From Eledone cirrhosa (Eukaryota), in contig OZ024750.1 in the NCBI GenBank assembly GCA_964016885.1, positions 34,906,001-34,970,000 on the forward strand: 64,000 nt of DNA, given 5' to 3'. A program made the translations under genes and the position numbers. The notes below the pieces were generated by a model that was not told where the DNA came from, searched no databases, and worked only from the letters and a program-made list of their open reading frames with translations. Positions 47,001-62,450 of this stretch are shown here, piece after piece (the first letter of the stretch is position 1; every line of letters begins with the position of its first letter).

Positions 47001-50000
47001 TGACAACTACCACATCTTGACTTGACAACCACCACACATCTTGACTTGAACAACTACCACATCTTGACTTGACAACTACCACATCTTGACTTGAACAACC
47101 ACCACATCTTGACTTGAAAACTACCACATCTTGACTTGAACAACTACCACATCTTGACTTGACAACCACCACACATCTTGACTTGAACAACTACCACATC
47201 TTGACATGACAACTACCACATCTTGACTTGACAACCACCACACATCTTGACTTGAACAACTACCACATCTTGACTTGACAACTACCACATCTTGACTTGA
47301 ACAACTACCACATCTTGACTTGACAACCACCACACATCTTGACTTGAACAACTACCACATCTTGACTTGAACAACTACCACATCTTGACTTGACAACTAC
47401 CACATCTTGACTTGAACAACTACCACATCTTGACTTGAACAACCACCACATCTTGACTTGACAACTACCACATCTTGACTTGAACAACCACCACATCTTG
47501 ACTTGAACAACTACCACATCTTGACTTGAACAACTACCACATCTTGACTTGACAACTACAAAATCTTGACTTGAACAACCACCACATCTTGACTTGAACA
47601 ACTGCCACACATCTTGACTTGAACAACTACCACATCTTGACTTGAACAACCACAACACATCTTGACTTGAACAATTACCACATCTTGACTTGAACAACTC
47701 CAACTTCTTGACTTGAACAACCACCACATCTTGACTTGACATCTACCACATCTTGACTTGAACAACCACCACATCTTGACTTGAACAACTACCACATCTT
47801 GACTTGACAACTACCACATCTTGACTTGAACAACTGCCACATCTTGACTTGAACAACCACAACACATCTTGACTTGAACAATTACCACATCTTGACTTGA
47901 ACAACTACAACTTCTTGACTTGAACAAACACCACATATTGACTTGACAACTACCACATCTTGACTTGAACAACCACCACATCTTGACTTGAACAACTACC
48001 ACATCTTGACTTGACAACTACCACATCTTGACTTGAACAACTGCCACATCTTGACTTGACAACTACCACATCTTAACTTGAACAACCACCACATCTTGAC
48101 TTGAACAACTACCACATATTGACTTGACAACTATCACATCTTGACTTGAACAACTACCACATCTTGACTTCACAACTATCACATCTTGACTTGAACAACT
48201 ACCACATCTTGACTTGAACAACTGCCTTATCTTGACTTGAAAACTACCACATCTTGACTTGACAACCACCACACATCTTGACTTGAACAACTACCACATC
48301 TTGACATGACAACTACCACATCTTGACTTGACAACCACCACACATCTTGACTTGAACAACTACCACATCTTGACTTGACAACTACCACATCTTGACTTGA
48401 ACAACTACCACATCTTGACTTGACAACCACCACACATCTTGACTTGAACAACTACCACATCTTGACTTGAACAACTACCACATCTTGACTTGACAACTAC
48501 CACATCTTGACTTGAACAACTACCACATCTTGACTTGAACAACCACCACATCTTGACTTGAACAACTACCACATCTTGACTTGACAACTACCACATCTTG
48601 ACTTGAACGACTGCCACATCTTGACTTGACAACTACCACATCTTGACTTGACAACTACCACATCTTGACTTGACAACCACCACACATCTTGACTTGAACA
48701 ACTACCACATCTTGACTTGACAACTACCACATCTTGACTTGAACAACCACCACATCTTGACTTGAAAACTACCACATCTTGACTTGAACAACTACCACAT
48801 CTTGACTTGACAACCACCACACATCTTGACTTGAACAACTACCACATCTTGACATGACAACTACCACATCTTGACTTGACAACCACCACACATCTTGACT
48901 TGAACAACTACCACATCTTGACTTGACAACTACCACATCTTGACTTGAACAACTACCACATCTTGACTTGACAACCACCACACATCTTGACTTGAACAAC
49001 TACCACATCTTGACTTGAACAACTACCACATCTTGACTTGACAACTACCACATCTTGACTTGAACAACCACCACATCTTGACTTGACAACTACCACATCT
49101 TGACTTGAACAACCACCACATCTTGACTTGAACAACTACCACATCTTGACTTGAACAACTACCACATCTTGACTTGACAACTACAAAATCTTGACTTGAA
49201 CAACCACCACATCTTGACTTGAACAACTGCCACACATCTTGACTTGAACAACTACCACATCTTGACTTGAACAACCACAACACATCTTGACTTGAACAAT
49301 TACCACATCTTGACTTGAACAACTCCAACTTCTTGACTTGAACAACCACCACATCTTGACTTGACATCTACCACATCTTGACTTGAACAACCACCACATC
49401 TTGACTTGAACAACTACCACATCTTGACTTGACAACTACCACATCTTGACTTGAACAACTGCCACATCTTGACTTGACAACTACCACATCTTGACTTGAA
49501 CAACTACCACATGTTGACTTGAACAACTGCCACATCTTGACTTGACAACTACCACATCTTGACTTGAACAACTACCACATCTTGACTTGAAAAACAACGA
49601 CATCTTGACTTGAACAACCACCACATCTTGACTTGAACAACTACCACATCTTGACTTGACAACTATCACATCTTGACTTGATCAACTACAACATCTTGAC
49701 TTGACAACTACCACATCTTGACTTGACAACTACCACATCTTGACTTGAACAACCACCACATCTTGACTTGAACAACTACCACATCTTGACTTGACAACTA
49801 CCACATCTTGACTTGAACAACTGCCACATCTTGACTTGACAACTACCACATCTTGACTTGACAACTACCACATCTTGACTTGACAACCACCACACATCTT
49901 GACTTGAACAACTACCACATCTTGACTTGACAACTACCACATCTTGACTTGAACAACCACCACATCTTGACTTGAAAACTACCACATCTTGACTTGAACA

Positions 50001-53000
50001 ACTACCACATCTTGACTTGACAACCACCACACATCTTGACTTGAACAACTACCACATCTTGACATGACAACTACCACATCTTGACTTGACAACCACCACA
50101 CATCTTGACTTGAACAACTACCACATCTTGATTTGACAACTACCACATCTTGACTTGAACAACTACCACAACTTGACTTGACAACCACCACACATCTTGA
50201 CTTGAACAACTACCACATCTTGACTTGAACAACTACCACATCTTGACTTGACAACTACCACATCTTGACTTGAACAACTACAACATCTTGACTTGAACAA
50301 CCACCACATCTTGACTTGACAACTACCACATCTTGACTTAAACAACCACCACATCTTGACTTGAACAACTACCACATCTTGACTTGAACAACTACCACAT
50401 CTTGACTTGACAACTACAACATCTTGACTTGAACAACCACCACATCTTGACTTGAACAACTGCCACACATCTTGACTTGAACAATTACCACATCTTGACT
50501 TGAACAACTACAACTTCTTGACTTGAACAACCACCACATCTTGACTTGACAACTACCACATCTTGACTTGAACAACCACCACATCTTGATTTGAACAACT
50601 ACCACATCTTGACTTGACAACTACCACATCTTGACTTGAACAACTGCCACATCTTGACTTGACAACTACCACATCTTGACTTGAACAACTACCACATGTT
50701 GACTTGAACATCTGCCACATCTTGACTTGACAACTACCACATCTTGACATGAACAACTACCACATCTTGACTTGAAAAACAACGACATCTTGACTTGAAC
50801 AACCACCACATCTTGATTTGAACAACTACCACATCTTGACTTGACAACTACCACATCTTGACTTGAACAACCACCACATATTGACTTGAACAACCACAAC
50901 ACATCTTGACTTGAACAATTACCACATCTTGACTTGAACAACTACAACTTCTTGACTTGAACAAACACCACATATTGACTTGACAACTACCACATCTTGA
51001 CTTGAACAACCACCACATCTTGACTTGAACAACTACCACATCTTGACTTGACAACTACCACATCTTGACTTGAACAACTGCCACATCTTGACTTGACAAC
51101 TACCACATCTTAACTTGAACAACCACCACATCTTGACTTGAACAACTACCACATATTGACTTGACAACTATCACATCTTGACTTGAACAACTACCACATC
51201 TTGACTTCACAACTATCACATCTTGACTTGAACAACTACCACATCTTGACTTGAACAACTGCCTTATCTTGACTTGAAAACTACCACATCTTGACTTGAC
51301 AACCACCACACATCTTGACTTGAACAACTACCACATCTTGACATGACAACTACCACATCTTGACTTGACAACCACCACACATCTTGACTTGAACAACTAC
51401 CACATCTTGACTTGACAACTACCACATCTTGACTTGAACAACTACCACATCTTGACTTGACAACCACCACACATCTTGACTTGAACAACTACCACATCTT
51501 GACTTGAACAACTACCACATCTTGACTTGACAACTACCACATCTTGACTTGAACAACTACCACATCTTGACTTGAACAACCACCACATCTTGACTTGAAC
51601 AACTACCACATCTTGACTTGACAACTACCACATCTTGACTTGAACGACTGCCACATCTTGACTTGACAACTACCACATCTTGACTTGACAACTACCACAT
51701 CTTGACTTGACAACCACCACACATCTTGACTTGAACAACTACCACATCTTGACTTGACAACTACCACATCTTGACTTGAACAACCACCACATCTTGACTT
51801 GAAAACTACCACATCTTGACTTGAACAACTACCACATCTTGACTTGACAACCACCACACATCTTGACTTGAACAACTACCACATCTTGACATGACAACTA
51901 CCACATCTTGACTTGACAACCACCACACATCTTGACTTGAACAACTACCACATCTTGACTTGACAACTACCACATCTTGACTTGAACAACTACCACATCT
52001 TGACTTGACAACCACCACACATCTTGACTTGAACAACTACCACATCTTGACTTGAACAACTACCACATCTTGACTTGACAACTACCACATCTTGACTTGA
52101 ACAACTACCACATCTTGACTTGAACAACCACCACATCTTGACTTGACAACTACCACATCTTGACTTGAACAACCACCACATCTTGACTTGAACAACTACC
52201 ACATCTTGACTTGAACAACTACCACATCTTGACTTGACAACTACAACATCTTGACTTGAACAACCACCACATCTTGACTTGAACAACTGCCACACATCTT
52301 GACTTGAACAACTACCACATCTTGACTTGAACAACCACAACACATCTTGACTTGAACAATTACCACATCTTGACTTGAACAACTCCAACTTCTTGACTTG
52401 AACAACCACCACATCTTGACTTGACATCTACCACATCTTGACTTGAACAACCACCACATCTTGACTTGAACAACCACAACACATCTTGACTTGAACAATT
52501 ACCACATCTTGACTTGAACAACTACAACTTCTTGACTTGAACAAACACCACATATTGACTTGACAACTACCACATCTTGACTTGAACAACCACCACATCT
52601 TGACTTGAACAACTACCACATCTTGACTTGACAACTACCACATCTTGACTTGAACAACTGCCACATCTTGACTTGACAACTACCACATCTTAACTTGAAC
52701 AACCACCACATCTTGACTTGAACAACTACCACATATTGACTTGACAACTATCACATCTTGACTTGAACAACTACCACATCTTGACTTCACAACTATCACA
52801 TCTTGACTTGAACAACTACCACATCTTGACTTGAACAACTGCCTTATCTTGACTTGAAAACTACCACATCTTGACTTGACAACCACCACACATCTTGACT
52901 TGAACAACTACCACATCTTGACATGACAACTACCACATCTTGACTTGACAACCACCACACATCTTGACTTGAACAACTACCACATCTTGACTTGACAACT

Positions 53001-53820
53001 ACCACATCTTGACTTGAACAACTACCACATCTTGACTTGACAACCACCACACATCTTGACTTGAACAACTACCACATCTTGACTTGAACATCTACCACAT
53101 CTTGACTTGACAACTACCACATCTTGACTTGAACAACTACCACATCTTGACTTGAACAACCACCACATCTTGACTTGAACAACTACCACATCTTGACTTG
53201 ACAACTACCACATCTTGACTTGAACGACTGCCACATCTTGACTTGACAACTACCACATCTTGACTTGACAACTACCACATCTTGACTTGACAACCACCAC
53301 ACATCTTGACTTGAACAACTACCACATCTTGACTTGACAACTACCACATCTTGACTTGAACAACCACCACATCTTGACTTGAAAACTACCACATCTTGAC
53401 TTGAACAACTACCACATCTTGACTTGACAACCACCACACATCTTGACTTGAACAACTACCACATCTTGACATGACAACTACCACATCTTGACTTGACAAC
53501 CACCACACATCTTGACTTGAACAACTACCACATCTTGACTTGACAACTACCACATCTTGACTTGAACAACTACCACATCTTGACTTGACAACTACCACAT
53601 CTTGACTTGAACAACTACCACATCTTGACTTGAACAACTACCACATCTTGACTTGACAACTACCACATCTTGACTTGAACAACTACCACATCTTGACTTG
53701 AACAACCACCACATCTTGACTTGACAACTACCACATCTTGACTTGAACAACCACCACATCTTGACTTGAACAACTACCACATCTTGACTTGAACAACTAC
53801 CACATCTTGACTTGACAACT
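42740..53820 (+). repeat. ~6.95-7.0-kb period duplication containing 1580-bp and 2334-bp sub-periods
   Basis: ORF offsets 6999 (42777/49776), 6951 (43602/50553, 44149/51100, 45729/52680), 1580 (44149/45729, 51100/52680) and 2334 (45729/48063). Markers GACTTCAC, GAACGACTGC, ACTCCAACTT, GACTTAAAC. Confidence 0.83.
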
Positions 53821-56800
53821 ACAACATCTTGACTTGAACAACCACCACATCTTGACTTGAACAACTGCCACACATCTTGACTTGAACAACTACCACATCT
53901 TGACTTGAACAACCACAACACATCTTGACTTGAACAATTACCACATCTTGACTTGAACAACTCCAACTTCTTGACTTGAACAACCACCACATCTTGACTT
54001 GACATCTACCACATCTTGACTTGAACAACCACCACATCTTGACTTGAACAACTACCACATCTTGACTTGACAACTACCACATCTTGACTTGAACAACTGT
54101 CACATCTTGACTTGACAACTACCACATCTTGACTTGAACAACTACCACATGTTGACTTGAACAACTGCCACATCTTGACTTGACAACTACCACATCTTGA
54201 CTTGAACAACTACCACATCTTGACTTGAAATCAACGACATCTTGACTTGAACAACCACCACATCTTGACTTGAACAACTACCACATCTTGACTTGACAAC
54301 TATCACATCTTGACTTGATCAACTACAACATCTTGACTTGACAACTACCACATCTTGACTTGAACAACTACCACATCTTGACTTGACAACTACCACATCT
54401 TGACTTGAACAACCACAACATCTTGACTTGAACAACCACAACACATCTTGACTTTAACAATTACCACATCTTAACTTGAACAACTACAACTTCTTGACTT
54501 GAACAACCACCACATCTTTACTTGACAACTACCACATCTTGACTTGACAACTACCACATCTTGACTTGAACAACTGCCACATCTTGACTTGACAACTACC
54601 ACATCTTGACTTGACAACTACCACATCTTGACTTGACAACCACCACACATCTTGACTTGAACAACTACCACATCTTGACTTGACAACTACCACATCTTGA
54701 CTTGAACAACTACCACATCTTGACTTGACAACCACCACACATCTTGACTTCAACAACTACCACATCTTGACTTGACAACTACCACATCTTGACTTGAACA
54801 ACCACCACATCTTGACTTGAAAACTACCACATCTTGACTTGAACAACTACCACATCTTGACTTGACAACCACCACACATCTTGACTTGAACAACTACCAC
54901 ATCTTGACATGACAACTACCACATCTTGACTTGACAACCACCACACATCTTGACTTGAACAACTACCACATCTTGACTTGACAACTATCACATCTTGACT
55001 TGAACAACTACCACATCTTGACTTGACAACCACCACACATCTTGACTTGAACAACTACCACATCTTGACTTGAACAACTACCACATCTTGACTTGACAAC
55101 TACCACATCTTGACTTGAACAACTACAACATCTTGACTTGAACAACCACCATATCTTGAATTGACAACTACCACATCTTGACTTGAACAACCACCACATC
55201 TTGACTTGAACAACTACCACATCTTGACTTGACAACTACCACATCTTGACTTGAACAACTACCACATCTTGACTTGACAACTACCACATCTTGACTTGAA
55301 CAACCACAACACATCTTGACTTGAACAATTACCACATCTTGACTTGAACAACTACAACTTCTTGACTTGAACAACCACCACATCTTGACTTGACAACTAC
55401 CACATCTTGACTTGAACAACCACCACATCTTGACTTGAACAACTACCACATCTTGACTTGACAACTACCACATCTTGACTTGAACAACTGCCACATCTTG
55501 ACTTGACAACTACCACATCTTGACTTGAACAACTACCACATGTTGACTTGAACAACTGCCACATCTTGACTTGACAACTACCACATCTTGACTTGAACAA
55601 CCACCACATCTTGACTTGAACAACTACCACATCTTGACTTGACAACTATCACATCTTGACTTGAACAACTACCACATCTTGACTTGAACAACTGCCATAT
55701 CTTGACTTGACAACTATCACATCTTGACTTGAACAACTACCACATCTTGACTTGAAAAACCACCACATCTTGACTTGAACAACTATCACATCTTGACTTG
55801 AACAACCACCACATCTTGACTTGAACAACCACCACATCTTGACTTGAACAACTATCACATCTTGACTTGAACAACCACCACATCTTGACTTGAACATCTA
55901 CCACATCTTGACTTGAACAACTACCACATCTTGACTTGAACAACCACCACATCTTGACAACTACCACATCTTGACTTGAACAACCACCACATCTTGATGT
56001 GAACAACTACCACATCTTGACTTGACAACTATCACATCTTGACTTGAACAATTACCACATCTTGACTTGAACAACTGCCACATCTTGACTTGTACAACTA
56101 CCACATCTGGACTTGAACAACTACCACATCTTGACTTGAAAAACCACCACATCTTGACTTGAACAACTACCACATCTTGACTTGAACAACCACCACATCT
56201 TGACTTGAAAAACCACCACATCTTGACTTGAACAACTACCACATCTTGACTTGAACAACTGCCACATCTTGACTTGAACAACTACCACATCTTGACTTGA
56301 ACAACTACCACATCTTGACTTGAAACACCACCACATCTTGACTTGAACAACTACCACATATTGACTTGAACAACTGCCACATCTTGACTTGACATCCACC
56401 ACATCTTGACTTGAACAACCACCACATCTTGACTTGACAACTACCACATCTTGACTTGAACAACTACTGCATCTTGACTTGAACAACCACCACATCTTAA
56501 CTTGACAACTACCACATCTTGACTTGAACAACTACCACATCTTGACTTGACAACTACCACATCTTGACTTGAACAACCACCACATCTTGACTTGAAAACT
56601 ACCACATCTTGACTTGAACAACTACCAAATCTTGACTTGACAACCACCACACATCTTGACTTGAACAACTACCACATCTTGACTTGACAACTACCACATC
56701 TTGACTTGACAACTACCACATCTTGACTTGACAACTACCACATCTTGACTTGAACAACCACCACATCTTGACTTGAACAACTACCACATCTTGACTTGAC

Positions 56801-59800
56801 AACTACCACATCTTGACTTGAACAACTGCCACATCTTGACTTGACAACTACCACATCTTGACTTGACAACTACCACATCTTGACTTGACAACCACCACAC
56901 ATCTTGACTTGAACAACTACCACATCTTGACTTGACAACTACCACATCTTGACTTGAACAACCACCACATCTTGACTTGAAAACTACCACATCTTGACTT
57001 GAACAATTACCACATCTTGACTTGACAACCACCACACATCTTGACTTGAACAACTACCACATCTTGACATGACAACTACCACATCTTGACTTGACAACCA
57101 CCACACATCTTGACTTGAACAACTACCACATCTTGACTTGACAACTACCACATCTTGACTTGAACAACTACCACATCTTGACTTGACAACCATCACACAT
57201 CTTGACTTGAACAACTACCACATCTTGACTTGACAACTACCACATCTTGACTTGAACAACCACCACATCTTGACTTGAACAACTACCACATCTTGACTTG
57301 AACAACTACCACATCTTGACTTGACAACTACCACATCTTGACTTGAACAACCACCACATCTTGACTTGAACAACCACAACACATCTTGACTTGAACAATT
57401 ACCACATCTTGACTTGAACAACTACAACTTCTTGACTTGAACAACCACCACATCTTGACTTGACAACTACCACATCTTGACTTGAACAACCACCACATCT
57501 TGACTTGAACAACTACCACATCTTGACTTGACAACTACCACATGTTGACTTGAACATCTGCCACATCTTGACTTGACAACTACCACATCTTGACATGAAC
57601 AACTACCACATCTTGACTTGAAAAACAACGACATCTTGACTTGAACAACTACAACTTCTTGACTTGAACAACCACCACATCTTGACTTGACAACTACCAC
57701 ATCTTGACTTGAACAACCACCACATCTTGACTTGAACAACTACCACATCTTGACTTGACAACTACCACATCTTGACTTGAACAACTGCCACATCTTGACT
57801 TGACAACTACCACATCTTGACTTGACAACTACCACATCTTGACTTGACAACCACCACACATCTTGACTTGAACAACTACCACATCTTGACTTGACAACTA
57901 CCACATCTTGACTTGAACAACCACCACATCTTGACTTGAAAACTACCACATCTTGACTTGAACAACTACCACATCTTGACTTGACAACCACCACACATCT
58001 TGACTTGAACAACTACCACATCTTGACATGACAACTACCACATCTTGACTTGACAACCACCACACATCTTGACTTGAACAACTACCACATCTTGACTTGA
58101 CAACTACCACATCTTGACTTGAACAACTACCACATCTTGACTTGACAACTACCACATCTTGACTTGAACAACTACCACATCTTGACTTGAACAACTACCA
58201 CATCTTGACTTGACAACTACCACATCTTGACTTGAACAACTACCACATCTTGACTTGAACAACCACCACATCTTGACTTGACAACTACCACATCTTGACT
58301 TGAACAACCACCACATCTTGACTTGAACAACTACCACATCTTGACTTGAACAACTACCACATCTTGACTTGACAACTACAACATCTTGACTTGAACAACC
58401 ACCACATCTTGACTTGAACAACTGCCACACATCTTGACTTGAACAACTACCACATCTTGACTTGAACAACCACAACACATCTTGACTTGAACAATTACCA
58501 CATCTTGACTTGAACAACTCCAACTTCTTGACTTGAACAACCACCACATCTTGACTTGACATCTACCACATCTTGACTTGAACAACCACCACATCTTGAC
58601 TTGAACAACTACCACATCTTGACTTGACAACTACCACATCTTGACTTGAACAACTGTCACATCTTGACTTGACAACTACCACATCTTGACTTGAACAACT
58701 ACCACATGTTGACTTGAACAACTGCCACATCTTGACTTGACAACTACCACATCTTGACTTGAACAACTACCACATCTTGACTTGAAAAACAACGACATCT
58801 TGACTTGAACAACCACCACATCTTGACTTGAACAACTACCACATCTTGACTTGACAACTATCACATCTTGACTTGATCAACTACAACATCTTGACTTGAC
58901 AACTACCACATCTTGACTTGAACAACTACCACATCTTGACTTGACAACTACCACATCTTGACTTGAACAACCACAACATCTTGACTTGAACAACCACAAC
59001 ACATCTTGACTTTAACAATTACCACATCTTAACTTGAACAACTACAACTTCTTGACTTGAACAACCACCACATCTTGACTTGACAACTACCACATCTTGA
59101 CTTGACAACTACCACATCTTGACTTGAACAACTGCCACATCTTGACTTGACAACTACCACATCTTGACTTGACAACTACCACATCTTGACTTGACAACCA
59201 CCACACATCTTGACTTGAACAACTACCACATCTTGACTTGACAACTACCACATCTTGACTTGAACAACTACCACATCTTGACTTGACAACCACCACACAT
59301 CTTGACTTCAACAACTACCACATCTTGACTTGACAACTACCACATCTTGACTTGAACAACCACCACATCTTGACTTGAAAACTACCACATCTTGACTTGA
59401 ACAACTACCACATCTTGACTTGACAACCACCACACATCTTGACTTGAACAACTACCACATCTTGACATGACAACTACCACATCTTGACTTGACAACCACC
59501 ACACATCTTGACTTGAACAACTACCACATCTTGACTTGACAACTATCACATCTTGACTTGAACAACTACCACATCTTGACTTGACAACCACCACACATCT
59601 TGACTTGAACAACTACCACATCTTGACTTGAACAACTACCACATCTTGACTTGACAACTACCACATCTTGACTTGAACAACTACAACATCTTGACTTGAA
59701 CAACCACCATATCTTGAATTGACAACTACCACATCTTGACTTGAACAACCACCACATCTTGACTTGAACAACTACCACATCTTGACTTGAACAACTACCA

Positions 59801-62450
59801 CATCTTGACTTGACAACTACCACATCTTGACTTGAACAACCACAACACATCTTGACTTGAACAATTACCACATCTTGACTTGAACAACTACAACTTCTTG
59901 ACTTGAACAACCACCACATCTTGACTTGACAACTACCACATCTTGACTTGAACAACCACCACATCTTGACTTGAACAACTACCACATCTTGACTTGACAA
60001 CTACCACATCTTGACTTGAACAACTGCCACATCTTGACTTGACAACTACCACATCTTGACTTGAACAACTACCACATGTTGACTTGAACAACTGCCACAT
60101 CTTGACTTGACAACTACCACATCTTGACTTGAACAACCACCACATCTTGACTTGAACAACTACCACATCTTGACTTGACAACTATCACATCTTGACTTGA
60201 ACAACTACCACATCTTGACTTGAACAACTGCCATATCTTGACTTGAACAACTATCACATCTTGACTTGAACAACCACCACATCTTGACTTGAACATCTAC
60301 CACATCTTGACTTGAACAACTACCACATCTTGACTTGAACAACCACCACATCTTGACAACTACCACATCTTGACTTGAACAACCACCACATCTTGACTTG
60401 AACAACTACCACATCTTGACTTGACAACTACCACATCTTGACTTGAACAACTGCCACATCTTGACTTGACAACTACCACATCTTGACTTGAACAACTACC
60501 ACATGTTGACTTGAACAACTGCCACATCTTGACTTGACAACTACCACATCTTGACTTGAACAACTACCACATGTTGACTTGAACAACTGCCACATCTTGA
60601 CTTGACAACTACCACATCTTGACTTGAACAACTACCACATCTTGACTTGAAAAACCACCACATCTTGACTTGAACAACTATCACATCTTGACTTGAACAA
60701 CCACCACATCTTGACTTGAACAACCACCACATCTTGACTTGAACAACTATCACATCTTGACTTGAACAACCACCACATCTTGACTTGAACATCTACCACA
60801 TCTTGACTTGAACAACTACCACATCTTGACTTGAACAACCACCACATCTTGACAACTACCACATCTTGACTTGAACAACCACCACATCTTGATGTGAACA
60901 ACTACCACATCTTGACTTGACAACTATCACATCTTGACTTGAACAATTACCACATCTTGACTTGAACAACTGCCACATCTTGACTTGTACAACTACCACA
61001 TCTGGACTTGAACAACTACCACATCTTGACTTGAAAAACCACCACATCTTGACTTGAACAACTACCACATCTTGACTTGAACAACCACCACATCTTGACT
61101 TGAAAAACCACCACATCTTGACTTGAACAACTACCACATCTTGACTTGAACAACTGCCACATCTTGACTTGAACAACTACCACTTCTTGACTTGAACAAC
61201 TACCACATCTTGACTTGAAACACCACCACATCTTGACTTGAACAACTACCACATATTGACTTGAACAACTGCCACATCTTGACTTGACATCCACCACATC
61301 TTGACTTGAACAACCACCACATCTTGACTTGACAACTACCACATCTTGACTTGAACAACTACTGCATCTTGACTTGAACAACCACCACATCTTAACTTGA
61401 CAACTACCACATCTTGACTTGAACAACTACCACATCTTGACTTGACAACTACCACATCTTGACTTGAACAACCACCACATCTTGACTTGAAAACTACCAC
61501 ATCTTGACTTGAACAACTACCAAATCTTGACTTGACAACCACCACACATCTTGACTTGAACAACTACCACATCTTGACTTGACAACTACCACATCTTGAC
61601 TTGACAACTACCACATCTTGACTTGACAACTACCACATCTTGACTTGAACAACCACCACATCTTGACTTGAACAACTACCACATCTTGACTTGACAACTA
61701 CCACATCTTGACTTGAACAACTGCCACATCTTGACTTGACAACTACCACATCTTGACTTGACAACTACCACATCTTGACTTGACAACCACCACACATCTT
61801 GACTTGAACAACTACCACATCTTGACTTGACAACTACCACATCTTGACTTGAACAACCACCACATCTTGACTTGAAAACTACCACATCTTGACTTGAACA
61901 ATTACCACATCTTGACTTGACAACCACCACACATCTTGACTTGAACAACTACCACATCTTGACATGACAACTACCACATCTTGACTTGACAACCACCACA
62001 CATCTTGACTTGAACAACTACCACATCTTGACTTGACAACTACCACATCTTGACTTGAACAACTACCACATCTTGACTTGACAACCATCACACATCTTGA
62101 CTTGAACAACTACCACATCTTGACTTGACAACTACCACATCTTGACTTGAACAACCACCACATCTTGACTTGAACAACTACCACATCTTGACTTGACAAC
62201 TACCACATCTTGACTTGAACAACTACCACATCTTGACTTGACAACTACCACATCTTGACTTGAACAACCACCACATCTTGACTTGAACAACCACAACACA
62301 TCTTGACTTGAACAATTACCACATCTTGACTTGAACAACTACAACTTCTTGACTTGAACAACCACCACATCTTGACTTGACAACTACCACATCTTGACTT
62401 GAACAACCACCACATCTTGACTTGAACAACTACCACATCTTGACTTGACA
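53150..62450 (+). repeat. ~4.56-4.9-kb tandem duplication carrying the diverged island
   Basis: ORF offsets 4557 (53183/57740, 53592/58149), 4558 (54529/59087) and 4895 (55737/60632, 56781/61676). Markers ACTGTCAC, GACTTTAAC, GATGTGAAC, TGTACAAC, ACTACTGC. Confidence 0.88.
55640..56630 (+). repeat. Diverged monomer island (second copy ~60640-61525)
   Basis: Dense private variants: a 17-bp monomer lacking TTGAC (~55954), GATGTG, TGTAC, TCTGGAC, GAAAAACC, GAAACACC, GACATCCACC, ACTACTGC. Long runs of 23-mers and no 24/25-mers. Confidence 0.85.
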
